Positions 19,318 through 29,217 of a stretch of 64,000 nt of DNA are shown in pieces. The position numbers and the translations under genes were made by a program. Numbering within the stretch: the first letter of the stretch is position 1; each line of letters begins with the position of its first letter. The notes below the pieces were generated by a model, which saw nothing but the letters and a program-made list of their open reading frames with translations, did not search any database and was not told the origin of the DNA. The DNA is from Alphaproteobacteria bacterium. Lineage in GTDB: Bacteria > Pseudomonadota > Alphaproteobacteria > Bin95. The stretch is from positions 608,001 to 672,000 of the forward strand of contig OZ219786.1 of NCBI GenBank assembly GCA_964291285.2, in the 5' to 3' direction.

Positions 19318-20004
19318 ATGCCATTCCAGACCGGCCTTCTCCTCTTCCCCAACCTCACCCAGCTCGACATGACGGGCCCTTACGAGGTCTTCACCAAGTT
19401 TCCGGACACGCAAATCCATCTCCTCTGGAAAACCCTCGAGCCGGTGACGGCCGCCGGCGGCATGCGGCTGCTGCCGAGCACGACATTCGCCGACTGCCCG
19501 CAGCTCGACCTCGTCTGCGTGCCGGGCGGCGCAGGCATGAACCCGCTGCTCAACGACGAGGAAGTGCTGGATTTCCTGCGCCGCCAGGCCTCGGGCGCGC
19601 GCTACATCACCTCCGTCTGCACGGGCTCGCTGGTGCTGGGCGCGGCGGGTCTGCTCCGCGGCAGGCGGGCCACGACGCACTGGATGTCGCTGCCGATGCT
19701 GGCCGCCTTCGGTTGCGAGCCGGTGGCCGAGCGCGTGGTCGTGGACGGCAATGTGATCACTGGCGGCGGCGTCACCGCCGGCATCGACTTCGCCCTGACC
19801 GTGGCGGGAGAACTGCTGGGCGCGGAAGCTGCGGAGCGGATCCAGCTCGGCATGGAATACGACCCGCACCCGCCCTTCGACGCCGGCAGCCCGGAACGGG
19901 CCGGACCGTCCGTCGTCGAAGCCGTGTGCGAAGCGGCCGCGGCGCGGCAGACCGAACGCGAAGTGGAAATCGAGCGCGCGACGGCCCGGCTCGCCTCCGG
20001 CTAG
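19318..20004 (+). CDS. DJ-1/PfpI family protein (isonitrile hydratase-like)
   Basis: TQLDMTGPYEV, VPGG, TSVCTGSL.L..AGLL.G.RATTHW, TGGGVTAGIDF, EYDP.PPF.AG.P. Confidence 0.9.
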   Translation: MPFQTGLLLFPNLTQLDMTGPYEVFTKFPDTQIHLLWKTLEPVTAAGGMRLLPSTTFADCPQLDLVCVPGGAGMNPLLNDEEVLDFLRRQASGARYITSVCTGSLVLGAAGLLRGRRATTHWMSLPMLAAFGCEPVAERVVVDGNVITGGGVTAGIDFALTVAGELLGAEAAERIQLGMEYDPHPPFDAGSPERAGPSVVEAVCEAAAARQTEREVEIERATARLASG

Positions 20005-20876
20005 TCGCGTATCCAGCCCGGCCCCCAGAGATTGAGCGTGCGTTCTTCCGCCGGCCAGTGGCGGGGCGCCATTTCGCGCGGCATGTGTTCGATCTCGGCC
20101 GAGAGCTCGACCGGGTCGCCGTGCGGGTCCCGGATCATGAAGAACAGGTTGTTGCCGGGGCCGTGGCGGCCGGGGCCCCACCAGATCTTCGCGCCGCTGT
20201 TGGAGAGATGGTCCGCCCAGTCGCGGATATCCGTCCAGCCGCCGGTCTCGTAGGCGTGGTGGTCGGCCTTGGTCTCCGAGGCGGCGAAGACGGCGAAGCT
20301 GTGGTGTTCCTCGTCCGAGCGGTAGAAGGCGACCTGGCGCGATGAAGGGTCGTCCATGTCCGAGAGCACATAGTCGGAAGGGGCGAAGCCCAGCACATCC
20401 TCGTACCAGCGCATCATCGGGCCGAGGTTCCGGCTCGCCACAACGACATGCTGCAGGCGGGCGGTGAAGCTGCGGCCCGGCACACCGTTTACCGTGCGGA
20501 TCGCCGGAAGGTCGGCCCGCGGGAGGCCGAACACCGAGAGCCAGCCATCCGGATCGCGCACCGCCACCGCATCCGGATCGAACACTTCGGACGGCGACGG
20601 CTCCATGTTGATCCCCTGCGCCGCGATGAACGCGCGCACGGCATCCAGCTGCGACCGGTCCCGGAGCCGGAAGCCGTGATAGGGACGGGTGCCGGGCTCG
20701 CCCCGGCCGATCACGAGGCGCCGGCCGGGCCCCTGCAGCAGCCGGCCGCCATCCGGCAGGTCGAAGCTGTCGAAGCCGAGAAGACCGGCATAGAAATCCG
20801 CGAGCCGGTCCGGGGCATCGCTGTCGAGGCGCAGATGGTCCAGCGGCGCGGGCCAGATCGGCGATTCTGTCGGCAT
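20001..20876 (-). CDS. VOC family protein (extradiol dioxygenase-like)
   Basis: Two VOC domains: LQHVVV, EHHSFA, DHHAYE, WGPGRHGPGNNLF...DP.G..VE. Confidence 0.85.
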   Translation of the reverse strand: MPTESPIWPAPLDHLRLDSDAPDRLADFYAGLLGFDSFDLPDGGRLLQGPGRRLVIGRGEPGTRPYHGFRLRDRSQLDAVRAFIAAQGINMEPSPSEVFDPDAVAVRDPDGWLSVFGLPRADLPAIRTVNGVPGRSFTARLQHVVVASRNLGPMMRWYEDVLGFAPSDYVLSDMDDPSSRQVAFYRSDEEHHSFAVFAASETKADHHAYETGGWTDIRDWADHLSNSGAKIWWGPGRHGPGNNLFFMIRDPHGDPVELSAEIEHMPREMAPRHWPAEERTLNLWGPGWIRD

Positions 20877-20961
20877 CGGGTCGCCTCGCTTTCTTGCCTT
20901 CGGGTCCGGGGAGGAGGAAGATAGCATCGGAAAACCTGAGGGTTCGGGAGGATAGGCGAAA

Positions 20962-21945
20962 ATGGACGCAGCAGCTATTCCGATCATCGATATCGACCCC
21001 GTTCTGGGAGGCGAAGCCGGCGCGGCGGAGAAGGCGGCGGCCGAACTGTCCCATGCCTGCCGCAATGTCGGCTTCTACTATCTCAGCGGGCATGGCGTGC
21101 CGCGCGCGCTCGTCGATGGGGTGTTCGGGGAAGCACGGCGGTTCCACGCACAGCCGTTGGAAGCCAAGCTGGGGCTCAGGGCCGGGGCCGACAATGTGGG
21201 CTACATGCCCTATGGAGGCAGCGTCTCCAGGGCGTCGCGCATCTATCACGGCGACCGGCCGAACCAGAACGAGGCCTTCTTCCTGAAGCGGGACCTTCCG
21301 CCCGACCATCCGGACGTGCTGGCCGGCAAGCGCTTCCGCCCGCTGAACCGCTGGCCCGAAGAGGCGGCGCTGCCGGGCTTCCGCGCGAACGTGCTCGCTT
21401 ATGCCGAGGCGATGGAGCAGGTGGCGATGGCGTTGATGCCGCTCTATGCCCGGGCGCTGGACCTCGCGCCGGACTTTTTCGACGAGGCCTTCGACGATCC
21501 GCAGTTCACGCTGAGGCTCACCCGTTACGCTGCGCATGAGCGTTTCGAGGAGGACGAGTTCAGCCTGGCGCCGCATACCGACAGTTCGTTCATGACGCTG
21601 CTCGCGACAACCGACGTGCCCGGCCTTTCGATCCGGCTTCCCTCGGGCGAATGGGTCGAGGCGCCGTCGGAGCCGGACTGCTTCATCGTCAATATCGGCG
21701 ATATGGGCCACCGCTGGACCAACGGCCATTTCCTCTCCACACCGCACCGGGTCCTCAACCGGTCGGGCCGGGAGCGCTACGCCATCCCGTTCTTCTTCGA
21801 TTGCAACATCGATTACGAGATGGTCTGCCTGCCGACCTGCTGCGGCCCCGACGACCCTCCAAAATTCCCGCCGACCACCTATATGGACTACATGCTCTGG
21901 TTCACCGGCGTGAACTACGCCCACGCGCGGGAAAACGCCGCCTGA
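20962..21945 (+). CDS. Isopenicillin N synthase-like 2OG-Fe(II) oxygenase
   Basis: IPIIDI, GFYYLSGHG, HTD, VNIGD...RWTNG...ST.HRV, RYAIPFF. Confidence 0.9.
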   Translation: MDAAAIPIIDIDPVLGGEAGAAEKAAAELSHACRNVGFYYLSGHGVPRALVDGVFGEARRFHAQPLEAKLGLRAGADNVGYMPYGGSVSRASRIYHGDRPNQNEAFFLKRDLPPDHPDVLAGKRFRPLNRWPEEAALPGFRANVLAYAEAMEQVAMALMPLYARALDLAPDFFDEAFDDPQFTLRLTRYAAHERFEEDEFSLAPHTDSSFMTLLATTDVPGLSIRLPSGEWVEAPSEPDCFIVNIGDMGHRWTNGHFLSTPHRVLNRSGRERYAIPFFFDCNIDYEMVCLPTCCGPDDPPKFPPTTYMDYMLWFTGVNYAHARENAA

Positions 21946-21984
21946 GCCGCCAGCCCGACAACCGGAGTACAACGGTCCCACGCC

Positions 21985-23427
21985 ATGCGCCTTGCTCTCG
22001 CCTTCCTCCTGTTTGCATCCATCGCGGTCGCAGCGCCCCCGCTCAGCGCCCACGGCACGCCGGAGAGCTTCGCCGAACTCGCCGAAAAGGCGTTGCCGGC
22101 CGTCGTCAATATCTCGACCCGGCAGACCGTGGAGCAGCGGCAAGTGCCGGACCTGCCGCAATTCCCGCCCGGTTCGCCCTTCGAGGAGTTCTTCAAGAAG
22201 TTCTTCGGCGACCGTGACGACCGCGAGGGCCGGCCGCCGCGCAGGGCGACGTCGCTCGGCTCAGGCTTCGTCATCGATCCCTCCGGCATCATCGTCACCA
22301 ACAACCATGTCATCGAGGAAGCGGACGAAATCCATATCCGTCTTCACGACGACAGGGAGTTCAAGGCGGAAGTCGTGGGCCGCGACCCCGAGACCGACCT
22401 GGCGGTGCTCAAGGTCGAAGCGGACGGCCCGCTGCCCCATTTGGAATTCGGAAACTCGGACAAGACCCGGGTCGGCGACTGGGTCATCGCCATCGGCAAT
22501 CCCTTCGGCTTCAGCAGCACGGTGACGGCCGGCATCGTCTCGGCGCGCAAGCGCGATATTCGCGCCGGGCCCTATGACGACTTCATCCAGACCGATGCGG
22601 CGATCAACAAGGGCAATTCCGGCGGCCCGATGCTGAACCTCGACGGCGAGGTGATCGGCGTGAACACCGCGATAACGTCGCCGTCCGGCGGCAGCGTGGG
22701 CATCGGCTTCGCCGTGCCGGCCTCGCTTGCCGCGCCCGTCATCGACCAGCTCCGCCGCTTCCGCGAGACCCGGCGCGGCTGGCTCGGCGTCCGCATCCAG
22801 AACGTCACCGACGAAATCGCCGCAACATTCGAGGGCTTCGGCGAAGCGCGCGGCGCGCTGGTCGCCGCCGTCATGCCGGATAGCCCCGCCGACACGGGCG
22901 GCATCCGGGCGGGTGACATCGTGTTGTCCTTCGACGGCAAGCAGGTGCCGAAAATGCGCGCCCTGCCGCGTATCGTGTCCGATGCGGAAGTGGGCGCGAC
23001 AGCGCCGGTGGAGGTATGGCGAAACGGCAGGATCGAGCGCCTGGAAGTCGTCGTGGGACGCCTGGAGGAGAACGACCAGGCCAGCGCGGAGGGAGGATCG
23101 AAGGAATACCCGATCGAGTTGCTGGGCCTTGTGGTCGCGCCGCCGAACGACGAACTTCGCAAGGAATACGAACTGGACGAGGAGACCCTGGAGCGGGGCG
23201 GCGTGGTCATTGTCGGGGTAGCGCCGGGCAGCGATGCGGAAGAAAAGGGCCTCGAAGCCGGAGACCTCATCCTCGAAGCCGACCACAGTCCGGTGCAGAA
23301 CGCGAAGGAACTGGAGGAGCGCGTCGCCGCCGTGCGCGAGGCGGGGCGCAATTCCGTCCTGCTGCTGCTGAACCGCGGCGGCGACGACCGGTTCGTGGCC
23401 CTGCTGCTGAAGACGGAAGCGGAGTAG
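21985..23427 (+). CDS. Do/DegQ (HtrA) family periplasmic serine endoprotease
   Basis: Signal peptide, LGSGF, TNNHV, DLAVLK, IQTDAAINKGNSGGP, two PDZ domains. Confidence 0.95.
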   Translation: MRLALAFLLFASIAVAAPPLSAHGTPESFAELAEKALPAVVNISTRQTVEQRQVPDLPQFPPGSPFEEFFKKFFGDRDDREGRPPRRATSLGSGFVIDPSGIIVTNNHVIEEADEIHIRLHDDREFKAEVVGRDPETDLAVLKVEADGPLPHLEFGNSDKTRVGDWVIAIGNPFGFSSTVTAGIVSARKRDIRAGPYDDFIQTDAAINKGNSGGPMLNLDGEVIGVNTAITSPSGGSVGIGFAVPASLAAPVIDQLRRFRETRRGWLGVRIQNVTDEIAATFEGFGEARGALVAAVMPDSPADTGGIRAGDIVLSFDGKQVPKMRALPRIVSDAEVGATAPVEVWRNGRIERLEVVVGRLEENDQASAEGGSKEYPIELLGLVVAPPNDELRKEYELDEETLERGGVVIVGVAPGSDAEEKGLEAGDLILEADHSPVQNAKELEERVAAVREAGRNSVLLLLNRGGDDRFVALLLKTEAE

Positions 23428-23432
23428 CGGTC

Positions 23433-24584
23433 TTGACCGAACAGACTGCCGGTCCGGTCCAGGTCGCGCGCATCCGGATCGAGGTCTTCCGCGCCCCGAT
23501 GCCGAGCCCCGTGGTGGTCTCGTTCGGCTCCATCGCCGAGCGGGCCGTCGCGATGGTTGCGCTTGAGGACGGCGATGGCGCCGTCGGCCGGGGCGACATC
23601 TGGGGCAATTTTCCCTCGATCACAATGGAATACCGCGCACGCCTCGCGGGCCGGCTGCTGCCGGACCTGCTTCTGCGCCGGACCGTGGATGACATTCCGG
23701 CGCACTATGCCGGGATGATGCAGCAGTTGCGCGTGCTGGCGATCCAGTCGGGAGAATACGGGCCCGTTGCCGCAATCGTTGCAGCAGCGGACCAGGCGCT
23801 CTGGGACCTTGCGGCCAGGCGCCGGGGCGTGTCCCTGCGCCGCCTGCTCGACCCCGGCGCGCGGGATCGCATCGCCGCCTATGCCAGCGGCCTCAACCCC
23901 GATGACGGGCCCGAAATGGCGGGACGGGCGCGGCAGGCGGGCCACCGCAATTTCAAGCTCAAGGTCGGGTTCGGCGAGAAGACCGACCGGAGCAATGTCG
24001 AGGCGATCCGCCGGGATATGGACGGTGGCGAGCGGCTGTTCGTGGACGCCAACCAGAGATGGGACCCGGAAACGGCCGAGAAGGCCGCCGGCTGGCTGGC
24101 GGATGCCGGCGTCGGCTGGCTGGAGGAACCGATACGGGCCGATTCGCCGGACGAGCACTGGCAGCGGCTGCGCACCGCCATGCGTCTGCCGCTCGCGGGC
24201 GGCGAGAACCTGCCCGACCACGGCCTGATCGACCGGGCGCTCGGCTGGCTGGACATCATGCAGCCGGATGTCGGCAAGTGGGGCGGCGTCTCCGACAATA
24301 CCGCCATTGCGAGGCGCGCGCTGGCCCGGGGGCGGACCTACTGCCCGCACTGGCTGGCCGGCGGGCTGGGGCTGCTCCACTCGGCCAATATCCTGGCGGC
24401 GGTCGGCGGCGACGGGCTTCTGGAGATGGACGTCAACCCCAACCCGCTCCGCGACGCCGTGATCGGGGACGCGCTCAAGGTCGAGGACGGTCATGTGCGC
24501 CTGCCGGACGGGCCGGGCCTCGGCGTCGAGATCGATCTGGAGGCGATGGCCGGCTGGCGGATTGCCTCGGAAGAGTTCGCCTGA
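23433..24584 (+). CDS. Mandelate racemase / muconate lactonizing enzyme family protein
   Basis: ALWDL, YAS, FKLKVG, VDANQ.W, WLEEP, AGGEN, QPDVGKWGG, PH, P.GPGLG. TTG start is an estimate. Confidence 0.88.
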   Translation: MTEQTAGPVQVARIRIEVFRAPMPSPVVVSFGSIAERAVAMVALEDGDGAVGRGDIWGNFPSITMEYRARLAGRLLPDLLLRRTVDDIPAHYAGMMQQLRVLAIQSGEYGPVAAIVAAADQALWDLAARRRGVSLRRLLDPGARDRIAAYASGLNPDDGPEMAGRARQAGHRNFKLKVGFGEKTDRSNVEAIRRDMDGGERLFVDANQRWDPETAEKAAGWLADAGVGWLEEPIRADSPDEHWQRLRTAMRLPLAGGENLPDHGLIDRALGWLDIMQPDVGKWGGVSDNTAIARRALARGRTYCPHWLAGGLGLLHSANILAAVGGDGLLEMDVNPNPLRDAVIGDALKVEDGHVRLPDGPGLGVEIDLEAMAGWRIASEEFA

Positions 24585-24596
24585 CGCTGTTGCGGC

Positions 24597-25568
24597 TTAC
24601 GCTCCTTCCGTCAACTCCGGCACGACCCATAGCGGGTCGGAGCCGCGCGCGACGCGCTGGACATTGTCGAAGGCGTTGCGCACCCGCGCGGTATTGCTCT
24701 CGAAGGTCGGGCCGGCGAGATGTGCGGTGAGTGTGACATTCTCCATGTTGAAGAGCGGGTTGTCGGCCGGCGGCGGCTCCTCGTCGAACACGTCGAGCCC
24801 TGCCGCGGCGATGGTCCCGTCAGCCAGCGCCGCGCATAGCGCCGCCTCGTCCACCACCGGCCCGCGCGAGGTGTTGACGAGGATCGCGGAGGGCTTCATC
24901 AGCGCGATTTCCCCGGCGCCGATCAGATGGCGGGTCGATGCGTTCAGCGGCACATGCAGCGAGACGATATCGGCTTCCCGAAGCAGCTCCCGCAACAGGC
25001 GGAAGCGGACATTGAGAGCATCCTCCCGGTCCTCCGGCAGCCGCTCGATGTCGTAGTAGATCACCTCCATGCCGAAGGCGAGCGCAAGCCGCGCGGTCTT
25101 CTTGCCGATGGTGCCGAGGCCGACGATGCCGAGCGTGCGCCCGCGCATCTCGTGCAGGCGCGGCGTGCTGTTGCCGCGCCAGTTGCCGGCCGCCACCGTC
25201 CGGTGCTGGCGGATGAGTTGGCGCGAGACCGCCAATGCCAGCAGGATCGCATGCTCCGAGACGGCGGTGGAGTTGGCGCCGCCATTGTTGCAGAGCGGTA
25301 CGCCGGCGCGCCGGGCCGAGTCGAGGTCGGCCTGGTCGTAGCCGGCGCTCAGAAGCTGGATCAGCTTCAGGTTCGGGCCGGCCTCGAACAGCGCGTCTTC
25401 CACGAGCCCGTCCACGAAGCCCACCAGATATTCGGCGTCCCGCATCGCGTCGAGATATTCGGCGCTCTTCGCCGGCACGATGGAAAGCTCGAAGCCCGAA
25501 GGCGCCATGTCCCGCGCGACATCGGCGGCATCGGGAAAATTGGTGACGAATACGATCCTGGGCTGCAT
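24597..25568 (-). CDS. D-isomer-specific 2-hydroxyacid dehydrogenase
   Basis: GIVGLGTIG, SLHVPL, VNTSRG.VVDE, AGLDVF..EP. Confidence 0.9.
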   Translation of the reverse strand: MQPRIVFVTNFPDAADVARDMAPSGFELSIVPAKSAEYLDAMRDAEYLVGFVDGLVEDALFEAGPNLKLIQLLSAGYDQADLDSARRAGVPLCNNGGANSTAVSEHAILLALAVSRQLIRQHRTVAAGNWRGNSTPRLHEMRGRTLGIVGLGTIGKKTARLALAFGMEVIYYDIERLPEDREDALNVRFRLLRELLREADIVSLHVPLNASTRHLIGAGEIALMKPSAILVNTSRGPVVDEAALCAALADGTIAAAGLDVFDEEPPPADNPLFNMENVTLTAHLAGPTFESNTARVRNAFDNVQRVARGSDPLWVVPELTEGA

Positions 25569-25695
25569 GGACTCGGTCCGTTCCTGCGGGTCTTGGGGAC
25601 GGCCGCCGCTCCGGGCTGCCGAAGGGTTCAGGGCGAAAAACGGTAGCGGCGGCAGCATGGCCTGTCCATCCGCCGCCCTCCCGGCGCGTGTGCCG

Positions 25696-27393
25696 TTATG
25701 CGTGCTGCTTCGCCTCGAACGCGGCGACTTCGCTCATGAACGGCGCGGCGACATCGGCATTGATCTTGCAGTCCAGGAAGACCGGGCCTTCCGGCGCCGC
25801 CAGCAAGGGGCCGAGCGCCTCCAGGTCATCGGGCGTGCGCACCGTATGGGCGTCGTAGCCGAACGCCTCGGCGACGGGTGCGAAATCGACATCCGGAAAG
25901 ACCGATTTGGCGACCGGAAGCTGGCGCAGCCTCAAATGGTGCAGTTCCGCGCCATAGGCGCAGTCGTTCATCAGCACGATAACCAGCGGCAGGTCCTCGC
26001 GCACGACGGTTTCCAGCTCGCCCATGGTCATCAGGAAGCCGCCGTCGCCCACCACGAACACCGTCGGAATGTCGGGACGCGCCCGGGCGAAGCCGAGCGC
26101 CGCGCCGAACCCGAGCCCGATGGAGGCGAAATCGTTGGTCATCTTGAAATGCGCGGGGTCCGGGACGGACAGGTAAGGCACGACGCCCAGGAAATTGCCC
26201 GCGTCGTAAACGACATTCCGGGCCTCCGGCAGCATACGGTCCAGCATGGCGGCAAGCGAGCGCGGATCGATCGTGCGCGCCGTGTTGGCCGGCTGGAAAT
26301 CCCCCGCGATGGAGAAGCCGTCGAGGGCGGCCATGCTCCCGGCGCTGTGCTGGGGCTTGTCGGCGACGGCCTTTTCCGCCGTCGCTTCGAGAAGCTGTTC
26401 GGCCGCCAGCTTCGCGTCGCCGACCACGGCCACATCGGCCGTGGTCCAGCGGCCGATGCTGGCCCGCGAGGCGTCGATCTGGATCAGCGGCGCATCGGGC
26501 AGCGATTCGCCGAAGCTCATGGTGAGGATGTTCAGCCCTGCGCCGACCGCGAGCACGCAATCGGCCTCGGCCGCCATGCGCCGCGCCGCGGAATGCGAGA
26601 ACGAGCCGATGATGCCGAGGTTCAGCGGATGGCCCCGGAACATGTCCTTGCCCCGGGCGGTCGTGGAGAGCATCGCGCCCGTCCTTTCCGCCAGGCTGGC
26701 CAGCGCCTCGCGCGCACCCGACTTCCAGGCGCCGTGGCCCGCAAGGATGAGCGGCCTCTTCGCCCGGTCCAGCAGGGATGCCGCCGCCCGGATGGCATGC
26801 TCGCGCGCCGGTTCGGCCCGGCGCGCGGGAACCGGCCCGGCGTCCACCGCCTCCGGCGCCGCTTCGTCCGGATCGACTGCGATCTCCCTATGCTGCACAT
26901 CGACCGGCAGGAGCAGCGCAACCGCCTGCCCGGTCCGTGCAAGGGCGGCCGCATCCGCCAGCGTGGCGCGGGCCGTCGCGGCGCCGGTCGGCACGAACGC
27001 GCGGACCCCGGCGGCCTTCAGCACGCCGGCCCCGTCCAGTCCCTTGTAGTCGGGCCCGAGCGCGTTCACCGGCCCGGTCGGCAGCGCCGCCTCGCCGTAG
27101 ATGATGAGAACGGGATTGCCGGTCCGCGCGGCGAAGGACGCGGCCTGCAGCCCGTTGGCAAGCGCCGGCCCCCGCCCGACCAGGGCCACGCCGAGGCGCC
27201 CGGTCGCGGCCGCATAACCGTCCGCCATGCCGATGGCGACATTCTCGTGCCGTGCGCCGAGAAGCGCGATTCCCATTGCGTCCAAGGTCACGGCGAACGC
27301 CGCCGTGTCGTCGCTCATCAGCCCGAACACCGTGTCGACGCCCATCGCCTTGATGTCTTCGGCCAACGCCTGATAGATCGGAACGCTCCGCAT
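25696..27393 (-). CDS. Thiamine pyrophosphate-binding protein (acetolactate synthase-like)
   Basis: RHE...MADGYA..TG, GP...N, TPP motif GDGGFLM...ELET...N..YG. Confidence 0.88.
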   Translation of the reverse strand: MRSVPIYQALAEDIKAMGVDTVFGLMSDDTAAFAVTLDAMGIALLGARHENVAIGMADGYAAATGRLGVALVGRGPALANGLQAASFAARTGNPVLIIYGEAALPTGPVNALGPDYKGLDGAGVLKAAGVRAFVPTGAATARATLADAAALARTGQAVALLLPVDVQHREIAVDPDEAAPEAVDAGPVPARRAEPAREHAIRAAASLLDRAKRPLILAGHGAWKSGAREALASLAERTGAMLSTTARGKDMFRGHPLNLGIIGSFSHSAARRMAAEADCVLAVGAGLNILTMSFGESLPDAPLIQIDASRASIGRWTTADVAVVGDAKLAAEQLLEATAEKAVADKPQHSAGSMAALDGFSIAGDFQPANTARTIDPRSLAAMLDRMLPEARNVVYDAGNFLGVVPYLSVPDPAHFKMTNDFASIGLGFGAALGFARARPDIPTVFVVGDGGFLMTMGELETVVREDLPLVIVLMNDCAYGAELHHLRLRQLPVAKSVFPDVDFAPVAEAFGYDAHTVRTPDDLEALGPLLAAPEGPVFLDCKINADVAAPFMSEVAAFEAKQHA

Positions 27394-27490
27394 CCCCGCC
27401 TCTCCCGCACCGGTTCGCCGGCCATCATACCCGATATCGGCAAGCCCGCTGCGGGGGACGCTCCGGCCTCCGCCGCCGGGCGGCCCGGCC

Positions 27491-28189
27491 CTACATGTCC
27501 GCGGCCTCCGCGCCGCTCATCAGCCGGGAGAAGCGCACCGGCAGCATCTCCGCGGTCTGCAGCCGTCCGCCCGCCTCCCTGGTGACCAGCAGCAGGCGCT
27601 GGTCGTCCTCCAGCCCCGCCGGAATGACCATCCGCCCGTCCGGCTTCAGCTGTTGCAGCAGCGCCGGCGGGATGAGATCGGGCGCGGCGGTGACGATGAT
27701 GCGGTCGAAGGGCCCGTGCTCCGGCCAGCCCAGGCTGCCGTCCCCGATGCGGAAGCTCACATTGGCATAGCCCTGCCCGGCGAGCCGGCGGCGGCCGTCC
27801 CGTGCCAGTTCTCCGATCACCTCGACAGTGAACACCTCCGCCGCGAGTTCCGCCAGCAGCGCGGTCTGGTAGCCGAGCCCCGTGCCGATTTCCAGCACCC
27901 TGTGATCCCGGCCGATCCCGAGCAGGTCGGTCATCAGGGCGACGATGAAGGGCTGCGAGATGGTCTTGCCGCTGCCGATGGGAAGCGGCCGGTCGAGATA
28001 GGCATAGGGCGCCATCTCGACCGGCACGAAGGCATGGCGGGGGACCCGCCCGATAGCCTCCAGAACCGGGCCGGAGATCGCGGCCCGGCCGGTCCTGTCT
28101 GCAACGCGGTCGGCATGGCGCTCAATCTGCTCGACCATCGCGCGGCGCAGAACCGCAAACGCGTCTTCCCTGCCTTCCGCCTCCGTCAT
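27491..28189 (-). CDS. pcm: Protein-L-isoaspartate O-methyltransferase
   Basis: VPRHAFVP, AY.D.PLPIG.G.TISQP, VLEIGTGLGYQ, PFDRIIVTAA, QLKPDGRMVIP. Confidence 0.92.
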   Translation of the reverse strand: MTEAEGREDAFAVLRRAMVEQIERHADRVADRTGRAAISGPVLEAIGRVPRHAFVPVEMAPYAYLDRPLPIGSGKTISQPFIVALMTDLLGIGRDHRVLEIGTGLGYQTALLAELAAEVFTVEVIGELARDGRRRLAGQGYANVSFRIGDGSLGWPEHGPFDRIIVTAAPDLIPPALLQQLKPDGRMVIPAGLEDDQRLLLVTREAGGRLQTAEMLPVRFSRLMSGAEAADM

Positions 28190-28391
28190 GGTCAGCCGCC
28201 CGGCCTCCATCCCGCCGGAGCGCCTTTGCGCGGGCGCGCGCCGGCCCGGCCGAACGCTGCCACAACCGGCGCATCCGCGATAGAGCCTCAAGCCATCGCC
28301 CGTGGCGCCGATCGGTGTCGATGCAGGATACCGGGCGGCACGGGGTGCACGGGCCTTACAGCACGATCCTTCCGGGCAGTCTCACCCGACC

Positions 28392-29110
28392 CTAATTCAA
28401 TGTCTGGAAGAGCCGCCGCAGCAGCATCATGCGCGGAACCAGCGAGGAGACGTAGAGATGCTCCTCCAGCGTGTGCGCGCCGGCCCCGTCGACGCCCAGC
28501 CCGTCCAGCGTCGGTGCGATCGGCGCGGTGAAATTGCCGTCGCTGCCGCCGCCGGTGAAGGTCTCGCCCAGCTCGAAGCCGATCTCGGAGGCCAGCCCGC
28601 GGGCGTGCTCGTAGAGCGAGGCGATGGCGTTCGATTTCCGGTAAGGGGGCCGGTTCATTCCCCCGCTGACGGTCAGTTCGACCGCGGGGTTGTAGGGCCT
28701 GATCCCCTGCACCTTCGCCACCGCGGCCACGCCGTCCTCGGGCCGGGTCATGCGGATATCCAGCTCCGCCGTGCAATATTCCGGCACGACATTGACGCCC
28801 GTGCCGCCGGAGAGCAGCCCGACATTGACGGTCACGCCGGTTTCGTAGTCCGTCATCGCCTCCAGATCGACGATCTGCCGGGCCATCTCCAGCACCGCGC
28901 TTTCGCCGTCCCGGTGCGACACGCCGGAATGCGCCGGCTTTCCACGCGCCACGATCTTCATCCGCGCCGCCCCCTTCCGGCCGGTCACGCAGCATCCGCC
29001 GTCGCGCGCCGGCTCCGTCACCAGCACGTATTTCGCCTGCTCCGCCGCCGCCACGATATGGGATTGCGAAGTGGGAGAGCCGACCTCCTCCTCCGACACC
29101 ACCAGGCCGC
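28392..29110 (-). pseudogene. M20 family metallopeptidase, N-terminally truncated at the island edge
   Basis: EEEVGS, EP, RKG, AHSG, GGTGVNVVP, GGGSDGNF, DGLG..G.GAH..EE are present. Similarity stops just upstream of the EE motif, so the N-terminal HxD and G..D metal ligands are absent. Confidence 0.8.
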
Positions 29111-29122
29111 ACCTAGCGGTGC

Positions 29123-29135
29123 TAAGGCATTGATA
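29123..29135 (-). promoter_or_regulatory. IHF-binding consensus site at the island's left junction
   Basis: Minus strand TATCAATGCCTTA matches WATCAANNNNTTR exactly, about 15 bp from the M20 breakpoint and upstream of integrase 1. Confidence 0.5.
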
Positions 29136-29217
29136 CAGCGTTTTTTCCTCGTGCGACAGCGGGTCGGGGGTGCAACTGCAATCTCCCCCGCCTGCAACCG
29201 GATGCAGGAGGAAATCC

